A DNA stretch of 62,803 nucleotides, filler included, from Gonapodya sp. JEL0774 (Eukaryota): NCBI GenBank assembly GCA_027604505.1. It is 21 parts of 21 records of this genome, joined end to end, with 100 filler letters (N's around TTAATTAATTAA, not from the genome) between each part and the next. Parts side by side here need not be neighbours in the genome. Positions count along the whole stretch, not along the records: positions 24,072 to 26,970 come from JADIIX010001598.1; positions 27,071 to 29,966 come from JADIIX010001599.1; positions 30,067 to 32,960 come from JADIIX010001600.1; positions 33,061 to 35,952 come from JADIIX010001601.1; 17 more parts are not named here. One strand, 5' to 3'. The notes beneath the pieces were generated by a model that was not told the origin of the DNA, did not search any database, and saw only the letters and a list, made by a program, of their open reading frames with translations. Of the stretch, positions 24,072 to 36,052 are shown one piece after another (the stretch's first letter is position 1; each line of letters starts with the position of its first letter). A program made the translations under genes and the position numbers.

Positions 24072-25394
24072 AATATCAGGTGCAGCATGTTCGCTTACGA
24101 ATGAAAATCCAACGCCACCCTGACAAACCGCCGACTCCGTTCATGAAGCTGATACCGTAAGCCAGAAGACCTCCAAAGGCGCCGGCAAGATTCCCACTAC
24201 AGTAAAAGATACTGCATCGTGTTCCGAATTCTCTCTAGGATGAAATGGCGTGTCACAATCCAATCGCGATCGAAATGATTTTCTGAGTGCGTACTTGCGA
24301 GTACCAAATACTGCACGCCGAAGATAGCAGGAAGAAAGATTGGTGAAACTATTCTGACAAACAAATTGAGCAGATCACACCTGAGAATAAACACTTTCGT
24401 TCAGGATCAGAGCAAAGGTGGACGATCATATTCGGTTTCATTACGGAAAATACGGTGGCTGGGGACTCGGAAAGCGATTATATCGACACATACTCATTCC
24501 AGGAAAGTATCCGGCTTCGGCGATGCCCAAGAAGAACCGTGTTATCGCCAAGGATGCGCGATCATGACAGAATCCCAGGCACATGGCGCAAATGCCTGTG
24601 ACGGTGAAATCAATTCCAGTTCAATTCGATTTGCGCTGTCGGATCGCGCAGTACCGGTGAGCTCACCCCATGTCACCTGATTGATGGGACATAGTGGAGA
24701 GAGGTCACGAGCTGTGTGGGACTGACTGTGCTCGACATTTGAAATGCTCTCACCATGATTCGAGAAATCCATCGGGCTGGCCCCACTCGTTTCACCTAAG
24801 AGCATACGTGATGATTGTGTTATTGGCCATCATCGAATGTAGAGTGAGGGGATCAAAGCAGTGCCGATCATCCACCCCAATTTGCTGCCTACGCACAACC
24901 AGATTAGATGGAACCTCGAACAAAACATAGCCGATGAAGAAGACGCTGGAAATGCATCCGAAAGATGAGTACACGCGGGTAGGTATTTCATCCGTTTATG
25001 AAGCACCTGATAGCAGCTTGCCAGTCCGTATCGGTGAGACCTAGTTCCGTCAATGGATCTGCTTTGGGTATCGCATCGTTGTTGGCAATTTTCGCAGCAG
25101 CCATATTTGTTCGGCTGCGAATTAGGATCCGATGAACGAGAAACTCGAATTGAACACACAACCGCTTGCCTCCTCACTCCAGGTAATTAAGTAAATACAG
25201 CCACGAGCTCCACGGCATGAGATGCCAGTCAACCCTGAATGTTCGCGAAGTACTGTCAGATGTGAAAAATGTGGGATCGTCGGGATTACCTACTTCCCCA
25301 GCGCTGCCCGTTGCTCCTCGGGGGTCAACCTTGTGACATAAACGCCATCCTTTCCGAATTCACCGTGTTCGACTGCCGATTTATCGACAGACAT
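24072..25394 (-). CDS. MFS transporter, anion:cation symporter (Dal5/Tna1-like), multi-exon, partial
   Basis: DWHLMP..LYLLNYL, SVFFIGYVLFEVPSNL and RFFLGIAEAGYFP motifs lie in successive short exons. Confidence 0.8.
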
Positions 25395-26340
25395 GGAGGT
25401 TCGGTGACTTTCAAAATATGCTGTTGAGATGGTATGAGATGGACAGCGATTTTGTCTTTCAGCGGGGCCATATTGTTGCTGTGAACCTAAAAGGATCGGA
25501 AAGGATCCATCACGAATATTGCGACATAAATGTCAAGCGGTGAATTACACATCTCGGCGTGAATAATGTCTGCAACATGTCTGCAACGAAGTGCTCTCTT
25601 ACTTCCGTATTCTTTGATCTGGGCAGCGATTGTGCATCAGTGATAGCTGATGCCGCACTCTTGTGCAACGGTGATGCTCGTACGCTCCAAGCGATTAACA
25701 GCGTTACTCATGATAGATACTCTAATCATTTTGTTAATTTCTTATCGGAAGGTGGACAACAAATTACATCAGTGTGATGTCGTGTGCGTTGGAAGAATCA
25801 TGACAACGTTCTCTCACGATAGCTTCATCTCCCCGGCATGTAGACGGAGAAGCTGCGCTGACAACGTGCAGTTTCGCTTCGGTTTCGTACCGATACAAAA
25901 TTTTGACACCAGACAACGTCATACGTCACATCATGAGTACGTTATAGTAGTGCGACCATTTTTTCTAATTACGTCGTTGTAAGAGACCTTTAATTGGAGA
26001 ACCATGGTACATTCATTTATTGATATTCCGGGAGAGCAATTCCTTACCGGAGGATTTGGAGAGCTCCATTACAGTAAACGGATCAGGACCGTAGAGGTTG
26101 ACACGTCTTTGTTCATACCTAAACATTTGAGAAAACCTTCCGCGCACATCATTCCGCGCCTCGAATCGATTGGTGACGATGAACTTCTCCGAGTACACAG
26201 AAGAAACATCGTGAGTCTGAACTGCCTCAGATATGGCATCGAATGAAAAGTCTTTTGATTCAAGGATATTCACCATACGACCCAACAATCGTCCCGATTA
26301 TTCATGCGATCCGCCCTTGAATCCATCGAAACTGAATGAA

Positions 26341-26970
26341 ATGTGCTGTTTGTACTCTTTATGCCACTATGCCACCGTCATCTCGCCATCTTGGTTGCCC
26401 CCTAAATGTCCAAACAGCCTGGGCACCCGAATCGCCCTTCTCACCCTGTTCACGCTCTCCACTCCCACTCTCCTGTCATCGTATTGGGACCGTCTTTCTC
26501 TCTCCACACGCGGAACCGGAATACCACCCTTGAAACCTGGCCAAGTCTCGTACCCGGCACATGTTCGCAACTCGCCTCTCTATCGACATCCGCCAGTGAG
26601 TCCAGAAACCGTTGCAGAGAAATTTTATTTCACGTACTCGGCAGAACCTGATACCGGAGTCGTCAGGCTGGTCAGTCCGTGGTACACCACCTTGACACAC
26701 GTCCTGCACCACAAAGACATTTGGCATGCGCTCGGGAACGCTGGCAGCATCATAGCCTCTGCTCTATGGCTTGATCTCGGGTTCGTAGGAACCCTGGGTA
26801 TGGTTTTTGGTGGTGGTGTGGCGGGGGTGGCGGCCCATGTGGTGGAGTGGGGATACTTTCGCAACCAGGCGGGACGGGACGCTGTTGTCGCCTTGATGTG
26901 GCCAATCTATTTAAAACCCACTGGAGTAGATGCACCTTCTACCACCGGCATTCCGGAGCTCTCGCTCGAT
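26341..26970 (+). CDS. Rhomboid-family membrane protein, partial (start uncertain)
   Basis: TTLTHVLHHKDIWHALGN (HxxxxHxxxN) is followed by the GGGVAG TM motif; the catalytic Ser/His region is outside the contig. Confidence 0.6.
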
Positions 26971-27264
26971 NNNNNNNNNNNNNNNNNNNNNNNNNNNNNN
27001 NNNNNNNNNNNNNNTTAATTAATTAANNNNNNNNNNNNNNNNNNNNNNNNNNNNNNNNNNNNNNNNNNNNGACGAACGAGAGGAAGGGGTTGTTTTGGAG
27101 GGTGCAATGATGGAATAGAAGAGAGGAATAGAATGTATTCAATGAAAGATTATCGTTGAAGGTACAACAACGCACGCCACAAATGGAAGCCATGAAGTAC
27201 TTCCCAGCCTGTCTCCACTAGCTGTCTCCGATCACCAGATGCCTTCATAACGCAATCCATCCCC

Positions 27265-29966
27265 CTACTCCCAACTCACTGAATAATGAAAAAGAGTTTG
27301 GACTCCCCCATCCGTCTCAGCTCGCGCCTTTTGCTTGTGGATCGATCGTCCTTTCCCCTTCGCTTTGCGCTTCCTTTTACGATTGCGACCAGGAAGTCTC
27401 GGACCCGAATCATCACTCTCGTCCGTCATGAGTTCGTCCACATTGTCGGTGTCAGTCGCACTGTCGTTGACATACACGGAATCTTTGTCTGCTTCCTCAT
27501 CGGAATTTCCAACATCCCTAACTCCAAGCTTGAGTGATGAACTGGCTGCCTTGAACCCCCCTCCGAGTGTCCCAGGGACCCGATCGGAAGCAACTGCGGA
27601 CGCAGCACCCGGCCTCGCCGGCAACAGCACTACTATGTCATCCCCTGAGTCCAAATCCGATTCAGAATTATCAGAGTCTGATGTTATCCGCCGTACACGG
27701 CAAAGTCCTGGGCGAGGTGATCGTTTTTTTGGTACCGCAGGTGACGGATGGGAGATAGCGGTGGACGGGACCATGATGGACGAGTAGGTGACTTGTGCGG
27801 GCGAGCTACTTTCCTCATCAAAGATCAGTCGCGTCTCATCAGAAGATGGTTCATGGAGAGATGGGGCTGGGGCGTGCAGCATCGACGCACTTGGAGGGAG
27901 CGCGCTGAGCCGGCTATCAATTGACTCTTCGATAGGCGCAGTGTCTGTGACTGCAGGAAGAATCTCCTCGCTGATCCTATCCTCTGGATCGCCTCCTCCG
28001 CGAGCTCTTCGTCTCCTTCCTCCTCTCCCTCCGAACGCACCATCCAGATCAACTCCGATGGGACTCACTGCACGAGCTTCCTCCAACAAACCTTCCAACT
28101 CATTCTCGCTCACATCTCCAGCCTCTCGATCGAACTCCTCATCAGCCTCAGCGTCCCTCCGAAGTTCTTCCAGTGGGTCCTCTGGGATATCTGGATCCAT
28201 GCCACCCTCGCCGTCTTGATCGATGCCGTCCTCTTCCGCATCTCCACCCCATGTTCCAAAGGCCGTCTCGCCCTCAAAAACTGCTTGCCTGCCCCGGGAT
28301 CCAAGAGGAGGAACGTCATATCCGCCTTCAGCCCTGAGCCTTGTAAGCTGGCCATCCGCGGATTCTTCGGCTTGGAGCCCGCTCTCATCTTCATCATTAT
28401 CACCGAAGCCTGACGCTTGTGCCTGTGCAAGAAGTACTTCTGGACTGACATTGGTGCGTTCTGGTGCTGGGGACTTGGAGTTTTCGACACCACTCCACGT
28501 TGCTTTTAAGTCAGTAATACCTGCAAAGACCGATGATCCTTGTCGACGGGCGGGAACGGGAGCCGGTACTATATTGCGAGTCAGCTTCCGAACGTGAGAT
28601 GGATCACTGACCGCGTGACCAGACCCCGGTTGTTGAGATTCGGGACCAGAAGGAGTTGGCGGTTGAAAGTTAGCGGGCGACATGGGAATGTGGGTATCTT
28701 TGCAAATTGATACGCCCGGGACGAAATTTGTTGTGTGTGAGTGTGTGGGGGAGGGGGTGGGCGACGTTGGTTGGTTCGCGAGGAGTTAAGATCGCGAAAA
28801 TGATGAGTGACGACATTCATGTTCGTAGAACTCACCATCAGCCCATCCGCCGGTCCTTTCTTGAATCCCGCTCATGTTCAAATCACCGTCCGCGTCAATG
28901 CTCAACTCTACCTCGCCGTCATTACTGGGATCACTTCCGTTCGCGCCCTCTCCTTCGTAAACGGGTGCACCAGTAGTAAGTTCCGTCGCCAATCTCAAGC
29001 CAGAGGGTCTTACTGTCACATCACCTAAAAGCGTCCCACCTGGCGGCGGATTTCCGCTATAATCGTCGTCGTCATCGTCCTCCTCACTCTCACTGCTCAT
29101 GTCGTGTGTCCACAACTGCACGCGGTCGTCCCATTCTCTGCTCTCCTTGGCATTCGGCCTGTATAATCTGGCATCCTTCTTGTCTCCGATTGTGGAATTT
29201 TCTTTCAAACTCATTATTTTCGTCTGTGCAGCTGTTCTAGCTTTCGCATACGCTTGCAAGAGTGTGGGGAAGCGCAGAACAGGGGCGTACGGGGTCCGGT
29301 GCTCAAAAGCATGAAGGAGGCCGTTGGGAGTGACGACAGAAGTGGGGAGAGAGTCCAGAGCATGCTGCGACAGCATAATAGATGCACCGATCAATAGACG
29401 TGGCGGAGTCCGACTGGAAAGGAAAATGATCAGGCTCACCTCTGACTCGCTTCCACCAGCCCACTTTATTTTGTACCACGTCTTCCCTGCGATATCTACC
29501 CTCTTGCTCACTACGGACACCGGTTTTGGATGCACATCGAACTCGGAGTTGGAGGTAGATGATGCATCGGAATCATAACCACTCGGAGTTAATCTCCGTT
29601 TGGCAGTCGATGTACCAGTGAGGCGGTTAAGAAGTTTCGCCGTCCGAGCTGACCGGGAGCGTGATCGAGGTGCACCATTCGCATTGGACGAGGTCGCACT
29701 GGATTCCGAATCTTGTCGAGGTCGCCCAACGAACGAGGGACCATATTGGACTGGAACTGCAGGGGCAGATGAAGCGCGACGCCAAGGCTCTGGTGGAATA
29801 ATGACTTCAATTTGGGAACTAGCGCGATTGGGGGTTCTACCGGATTGGGAAGGGACTGGGGGCTTGGATCCAGTTCCAGCCAGTGGGTTGGAGACAGAAG
29901 TTAGAGAGGTGGACCCAAATAGATGAGATGTCACGGGATTCGCTGTGGGTGCAATTGCTGCTGTGG
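27265..29966 (-). CDS. Large low-complexity, probably nuclear protein with a chromodomain-like segment (ORFs 28786-29934 and 27265-28683, probably one spliced gene)
   Basis: VVSKRVDIAGKTWYKIKWAG...LLHAFE resembles a chromo fold; acidic tracts and a basic NLS-like RNRKRKRKAK. Confidence 0.45.
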
Positions 29967-30066
29967 NNNNNNNNNNNNNNNNNNNNNNNNNNNNNNNNNN
30001 NNNNNNNNNNTTAATTAATTAANNNNNNNNNNNNNNNNNNNNNNNNNNNNNNNNNNNNNNNNNNNN

Positions 30067-31349
30067 CTCCACCGTTCACTAATCAACCTTGCCTTCGCAC
30101 CGATACGAATACCCCGACAGCTTTCGTTGTACTGAGCTATGACGCTATTCAGGTAGTGAAGGAAGGCAGAGCGAGGATGTTTTGGTGCGTTTGGGTCACG
30201 GCGACGCCTGGATGGGCCGGGTTTCTTCGACAGTTGCGCAATGTCAGATGACGATTCTGCCATTTCAGTCTCTCCGATAGCGTCAGCAGATCGCGACCGC
30301 TTGTGGGAGCGAGAAGAGGGTACCGAGAGTGTACTAGGCCGGTCAGAGTTACGCCAAGAGGGTTCAGAGAGCTCCTGTCGTGGCTCCTGCTGTTGGGGCC
30401 CACAAACATTGTCCAGGCTGATGTGCAAAGACTCGGTACTCAGGTCGTTCGGTCCGCTCTTGTCGTGCTGGTTGCCAGGTAGCGAGAGTTCGTCCATCGG
30501 AAGCGAAGTGTCCAAATCGAGCCAATTCTGCGAAGACAGAAGGCCATCGGACGAGCCGAAGTAGTCATCCTCGAAAACCGATGGAGATGGCGATCGTGAT
30601 GGCGTAGGATAGACAGCGAGCGATGGCAGATCAAGTGCAGAGACGCTGCGAAGGAGAGGAAACCCGGAGGTCGACGGGTCCAGTTGCTGGAGAGAAACCG
30701 GTGCCGGTACTGGATGCGGCTCCGCCATACTAGGACTCATGGCGGTCAAGGCAGTGAGGATGCGCTCTTGTTCTCCTTTGATGTCCAGTGCCAACGCTGA
30801 TGACCTCGCCAGGTAGTCCACGCGAATGTCGTCACCCGCAGTCTTCCAGCTTTCCTGCACCAACCATTTGATAGCGGCCGGCGAGAGAGATGGGTTGGCG
30901 CGCTCGAAGAGGATATGGTTCTCGCCATAGTAAAGGATGTAGGCGCATGCCAAGGCGTGCAAAACCTCAGTGATGTCTTGGGCATCAGTTGTGTTTGTGG
31001 ATGGGGTGGACGGTTCCTAACGAACATACGATATCGTGGTGAGAAGTAATGTCAGAATACTTCTGGAGTGAGTGGTTGAAGAAAAATCAAAACGTACCGA
31101 GTACGAGCACGAAGCCACCGCAGAACTTGGTACCCCATTGATCGTCAGCGAGATGGCCGAGTCAGACTGGAGAGACTCTCCATTGTGTGACCAGTCTGAG
31201 ATGCAAGGCGTCGTCGTTCGAGAACTCGAAGGGTATGGGGATGAGGTGGGGGCTGATTGATCAGCCGCTCCCACTACGGTGGGATCCACAAACTGCTGGA
31301 CCAACAGTTGTGGTGACGGCGGCTGAAAAGAAAAGGTTGGGAGCGACAT
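30067..31349 (-). CDS. Protein with two HMG boxes, spliced, 3'-partial
   Basis: AYILYYGEN..ANPSLS..ESWK (box 1) and RRRDPNAPKHPRSAFLHY..LISERW (box 2). Confidence 0.8.
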
Positions 31350-33193
31350 CGCCGTGCTTGCACTGGAGGGCCGGGGCTCTGATAACGCTAAATGAATGAG
31401 TTGGCGTGTGTTACGGGTCATTTTACCTTTACTTGGAGTATGTCACGGCGGCATCGAGAACTCACGAGGGTACAAAGTGAAGGGAGGATTCTCGGAGCTC
31501 CACTGTATCGATTGGTCTTCGAAGAGGCTGAATTCTGACATGTGTAAGGTGTGCTCGTATGGCGATTGACAGAAATTGGTGCGATCAGAATATTGGATAT
31601 TCTCGATGAGTACAGCGAACGCTGCAAAAGAAGAAGGAATCATCGAAATCATCAGTCATAAGTTCGAATCTTGAGCGTACCCTCACTATGGCACTCCTCC
31701 CCCCGAGGAACACTCTTGTGATGTTCCGCGGACCCTAACGAGCTTACCTATTATGTAGTACGACAATGCGGGAAACTTGGGAGTATGTAAATGAGTTCTT
31801 TTGAATTCAATTCAGAATGCTTGTTCTTGCAATTTCTCATGCGCTTAAGAACTTCTCAAGGGAAATTCGGCGGTTAAAAGCATTTTCTGATTTCTGCGTG
31901 ACGTCGTGCCGGTGCCGGCCAATATATTATGTTCACGCCGAAGTCCGGAACGACAGATATATTACATAACGAGCTCGGGTGCAACCTCAGGCAGCAAGGC
32001 CCTGGTGGCGTCAATATGATCGTTCAGGAGTATCTTTGTTCCATATCACTGACTCGGAATTGGGGTGGTAAGGAACAATGGAATGACGTAGCCAGCATCC
32101 GGACAGAAGAGCAGCAGACAGATACGAAGATGTTTCCCGTCGAGAATCAGCCAGCGCGCGGCAAGGAGCGAGTCCACTTTCAAAGGGTGGAACACTGCAC
32201 AACCGGCATGACAGCATGAAGCTATCCAACCTCGAAGTTCGCTGCCTTCGTGGAGTTCTTAGCAAGTTCCTCGTTTACACCACCCTTCACCCCCGTCAAA
32301 GCACACCAGCCGCGATTCACGTCTATTAATAAAAAGACACCTTGCCAGAAAATAACATTGTGATAGTCTCCCCTTTAGCGCTCATGGGGAAGTTCATTTC
32401 GTGGATGGGTGCTGAGCTCGCCACCGTCTGATTCAGCGGGCCGCCGGGCATGGCAAAATCGTTGGCGCCGAGTTGGCCATGATTTCACCAACCAACCCAA
32501 TATAATAATCCGGCGGAATGACTGGATGTTTGGTACATGAGCTCATCACCCTGAGTTGCTTTACTGCATCAGCTCCGGCCTCTTCGGTGATTTTCATTTC
32601 ACCATCTCACACGACGAATCAAGTATCCGTGATCACGCATTATCCTTCGAGGCTTGTGACGCCCAGGCTCGTGACTGATATCGCAATACCACATTTCGTC
32701 TCGCTTCATGATGTAACTGCCACCCGCGCCAGGTGGATCTGAAAACGCTCAAAAATTTATGAACACCGCAATGCATATTCAAAGATACACGTATGTATGT
32801 TCAGAAACCCCAAAGATCAAGCACCCAGCATCTCCGCGATTGCGTTTTCCACATTGCCATCGTACCTCACAAGCATGCTCTCCAAAGGTTCGCCGTGAGG
32901 TCCAGACGTGAAACCCATTTCTCTTAGGCGCCGAAGTGCATATCCAAAATCGCGACCTGANNNNNNNNNNNNNNNNNNNNNNNNNNNNNNNNNNNNNNNN
33001 NNNNTTAATTAATTAANNNNNNNNNNNNNNNNNNNNNNNNNNNNNNNNNNNNNNNNNNNNTACTGGGAGTCCATGTAGATGCAGTTCGAGAAGCATCGGT
33101 TCAGGATGGGTGCGATAAGGCGTGTCAGCACTATGCGTAAGCGAACGAGGGGAACCCTCGATATCGCGTATCCAAACAGAGAGCGCTTCACAC

Positions 33194-33251
33194 CTTCGAG
33201 CAACCTCCCTATGATGGAGTCGACATCTACATCTTGAGTTGCTTCTGCCAT
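33194..33251 (-). CDS. GLC7: First exon of the protein phosphatase 1 catalytic subunit
   Basis: MAEATQDVDVDSIIGRLLE followed by a GT donor; matches the PP1 N-terminus (VDSIIxRLLEV). Confidence 0.75.
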
Positions 33252-33679
33252 CGGCTCGCGTTTGGTTCGCAGTACTGCACATCAGTCCACAAACGTTGTG
33301 TCAATTTTTTGTATTATTCCACATAGTTTATGGTTGCACAATAGTGATACGCTTTTGGCTGGCGTCTGTGCGTCAGAGTACGTTACACAAAGCAAGAATA
33401 CACGTCTTGTGGTTTTGCTGTTTTATTGAGGCGTGGGCGTACTTTGTCTTTTGTGTTCCGTCTCGGTTCCATACGTCACCGTGGAAAGTTGGGACCATCA
33501 CAACCACAAAACCCATACGCCGAAAAAATACCAAAATACGATAATCGTTGCCCGTCCACGACCAGGGGTGGCTGTCGCGGTTTCGCGGTGTGCTCGATAC
33601 TCGGTGCTTGGGGACTTGGTGCATATGATAAACGTCCGATCCGAAATCCAAAAAACTCTTCGCACACTATCTTCCGCCC

Positions 33680-34518
33680 ATGTCCGTACCATCGGCACTC
33701 ACGCGTGTCTCCGCATCGGCAACGTCACTTGTACCGACGTTTTTCTCCGCCGTTCCTTGTTCGTCTGCCGGTCCTCGCTGTGTCGGTCCGGCCGTCGCTC
33801 GATGGTCAGATTGGTTACCGTCACCCAGGACAATCAGTGGTCTCACACTCATACGGGCAGATGCAGCAACCCGCGCATTCTCCTCCTCGAGCTCGTCCTT
33901 CTCCTCCGCCCCTTCTGCTCCAGCTCCCGCCCGAGGTTCCGACCCAAACCTCGTCCGCCTCTCCCGCGCCGACCCAGGACTCCTCGTGCCCCCCATCCCC
34001 ATCAGCCAGGGCCACCCTGTCGACGAATCCGACGACACCATGCGGGCGCGGCTCATCTACATGTGTCGTAAAAGAGGGATCAAGGAGACGGACCTGTTGC
34101 TTTCGACGTTTGCGAAAAAGTACCTGGCAGGGTTCGACAGGGAGAGGTTGCAGGAGTTTGACGATTTGATGGAGGAGAATGATTGGGATATCTTTTACGT
34201 GGGTTTTTTAGGGTTTCCACTATGGGTATGGACGTACAACCCGCTGACAGTGATTTCCCCTCGTGTCACACCTGGTCTTTCGGCATTTCTCACAACAAAT
34301 CCCACACGTCTTTTACTCCACCCCTTTCCCTCTCGATTCTGCTCCTCATCCCACGACCTACCAAGTGGGCCACTGGCGCCCGACCTGTCCCCGATGACAT
34401 CGCCGCTCTCAAGATCTTCCCAATCCTGGTGGAACACTGCAAGAACCGGGAGAAGACCATTGTTCGGATGCCGGACGAGGTCGGGGGGTTGGATGTGGAC
34501 GGGAAGGTCAAGGTGTGA
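33680..34518 (+). CDS. SDH5: Succinate dehydrogenase assembly factor 2 (Sdh5); exons 33680-34198 and 34366-34518
   Basis: RLIYMCRKRGIKETDLLLSTFA...ENDWDIFY|WATG, preceded by an S/R-rich mitochondrial-type presequence. Confidence 0.92.
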
Positions 34519-34850
34519 GGTGGGACTAGTGGGAGTGTACCGGACACTAGACGTGGAAAGCGGGTCGCCCAGTCTTGGACGATAGGACTGGATTGTGTTA
34601 TGATATTGCAAACACTGCTTGGCATGCGTGATCACTACAAACCAGGGGCTGGTAATACAGTCCGTAAGTCGTCGAAACTATCTTCTAAATCAAACATGGC
34701 AGCCACGGTACCCCTGTGGGATACCATTTTAATAGATGAGATTACTGACGAGTACTATTGATGGGCCAATTACATTTTTCCAATTGTGGACATGGGACCC
34801 ACTTTGTTTGCAATCGGGTATTCGCCATCCCGACTCCGACATCACATCAA

Positions 34851-35952
34851 ATGCCAGGCACCCCCCGCCGCCTCGCCGCCATCATCACGGGCGCATCACG
34901 CGGATTCGGTCGTGCCATCGCGCTTTCCCTCGTAAACCGCACAATCGCTCTTTCCACTGCGACTGGCCACTCGGGCAACGAGAACTCGGACTCGGGTCGA
35001 CAGCTCGCCGGATTCGCATCGGTCGACGTCGTGCTGGCGTCCCGGGACATTGATGGAACAAATGAAACCGCGAATCTGGTCCGCACGGCTGCGAGCGAAA
35101 TCCAGCGGGGACTGGGATCACAGGTCGAGTCGGCGGTCTTGAACGTCGCAACCGTACACCTCGACTTGGCGTCCCCTCCTGCCCACCTGGACGCTTCTTT
35201 GAACCTCCTCTTCTCCCCATCTGGCACAGCCACCGGCACGCCCACCGGCACCGGCACAACCACTTCTGCCTTCCCCCGCCCGCTCTCCCACTACACATCC
35301 GCAATCCTCTTCCACAACGCAGGCACCCTGGGCCCGCTCGCCCGAGTCCGCGACCTCGTACCGCACACCGCTTCCCTCTCGCTGGCCATCGCGCAGGACC
35401 TAGCCGCCTACATCGCGCTCACCGCGCGGTTCCTCGACGCGTTCAAAGACACGGGGGACGTGGTGCTCGTCAACGTGTCGAGCTTGGCGGCGGTGGAGCC
35501 GTGCGATGCGTGGGCAGTGTACGGGGCGGGGAAGGCGGGGAGGGAGATGGTCATGAAGACCGTCGCGGTGGAGGAAGGGCCCAGGGTCAGGACGCTGAAT
35601 TACGCACGTGAGTCTGGCAGACTTTATGACTCTGGACGCAATTCTGTGATGTTGCATCCCATATATATATATATGCATCTCCCGTCTGCCTCCCTCACCC
35701 CACCCACACGTCACCACGCCAAACCCCTCCCTCCCCTCCACAAGCCGGCCCCCTCTCCACCACCATGCAATCCACCATCCGCACCTCCATGCCCGACGTC
35801 CCCGCCCGTCGAGTGTACGTCGCCATGCACGAGCGAGGCGAGCTCGTGGACCCGCACGAGTCTGCCGAGAGGATGGTGGACGTGGTGGAGGGGAAGCGAG
35901 GGAAGTGGGAGGGCCGGGGGGAGCATGTGGATTATTACGAGGTCGTGGGGGG
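34851..35952 (+). CDS. Short-chain dehydrogenase, sepiapterin/benzil reductase-like
   Basis: ITGASRGFG, HNAGTLG, VNVSSLAA, YGAGKAGR (YxxxK) and LNYA|PGPL across an intron at about 35608-35743. Confidence 0.85.
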
Positions 35953-36052
35953 NNNNNNNNNNNNNNNNNNNNNNNNNNNNNNNNNNNNNNNNNNNNTTAA
36001 TTAATTAANNNNNNNNNNNNNNNNNNNNNNNNNNNNNNNNNNNNNNNNNNNN

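Noticed and set aside
30067..31349. HMG-box gene as a mating-type (sexP/sexM-like) locus
   Set aside because: The second box has the DPNAPK signature of HMGB/Nhp6-type boxes, and no diagnostic flanking genes are on the contig.
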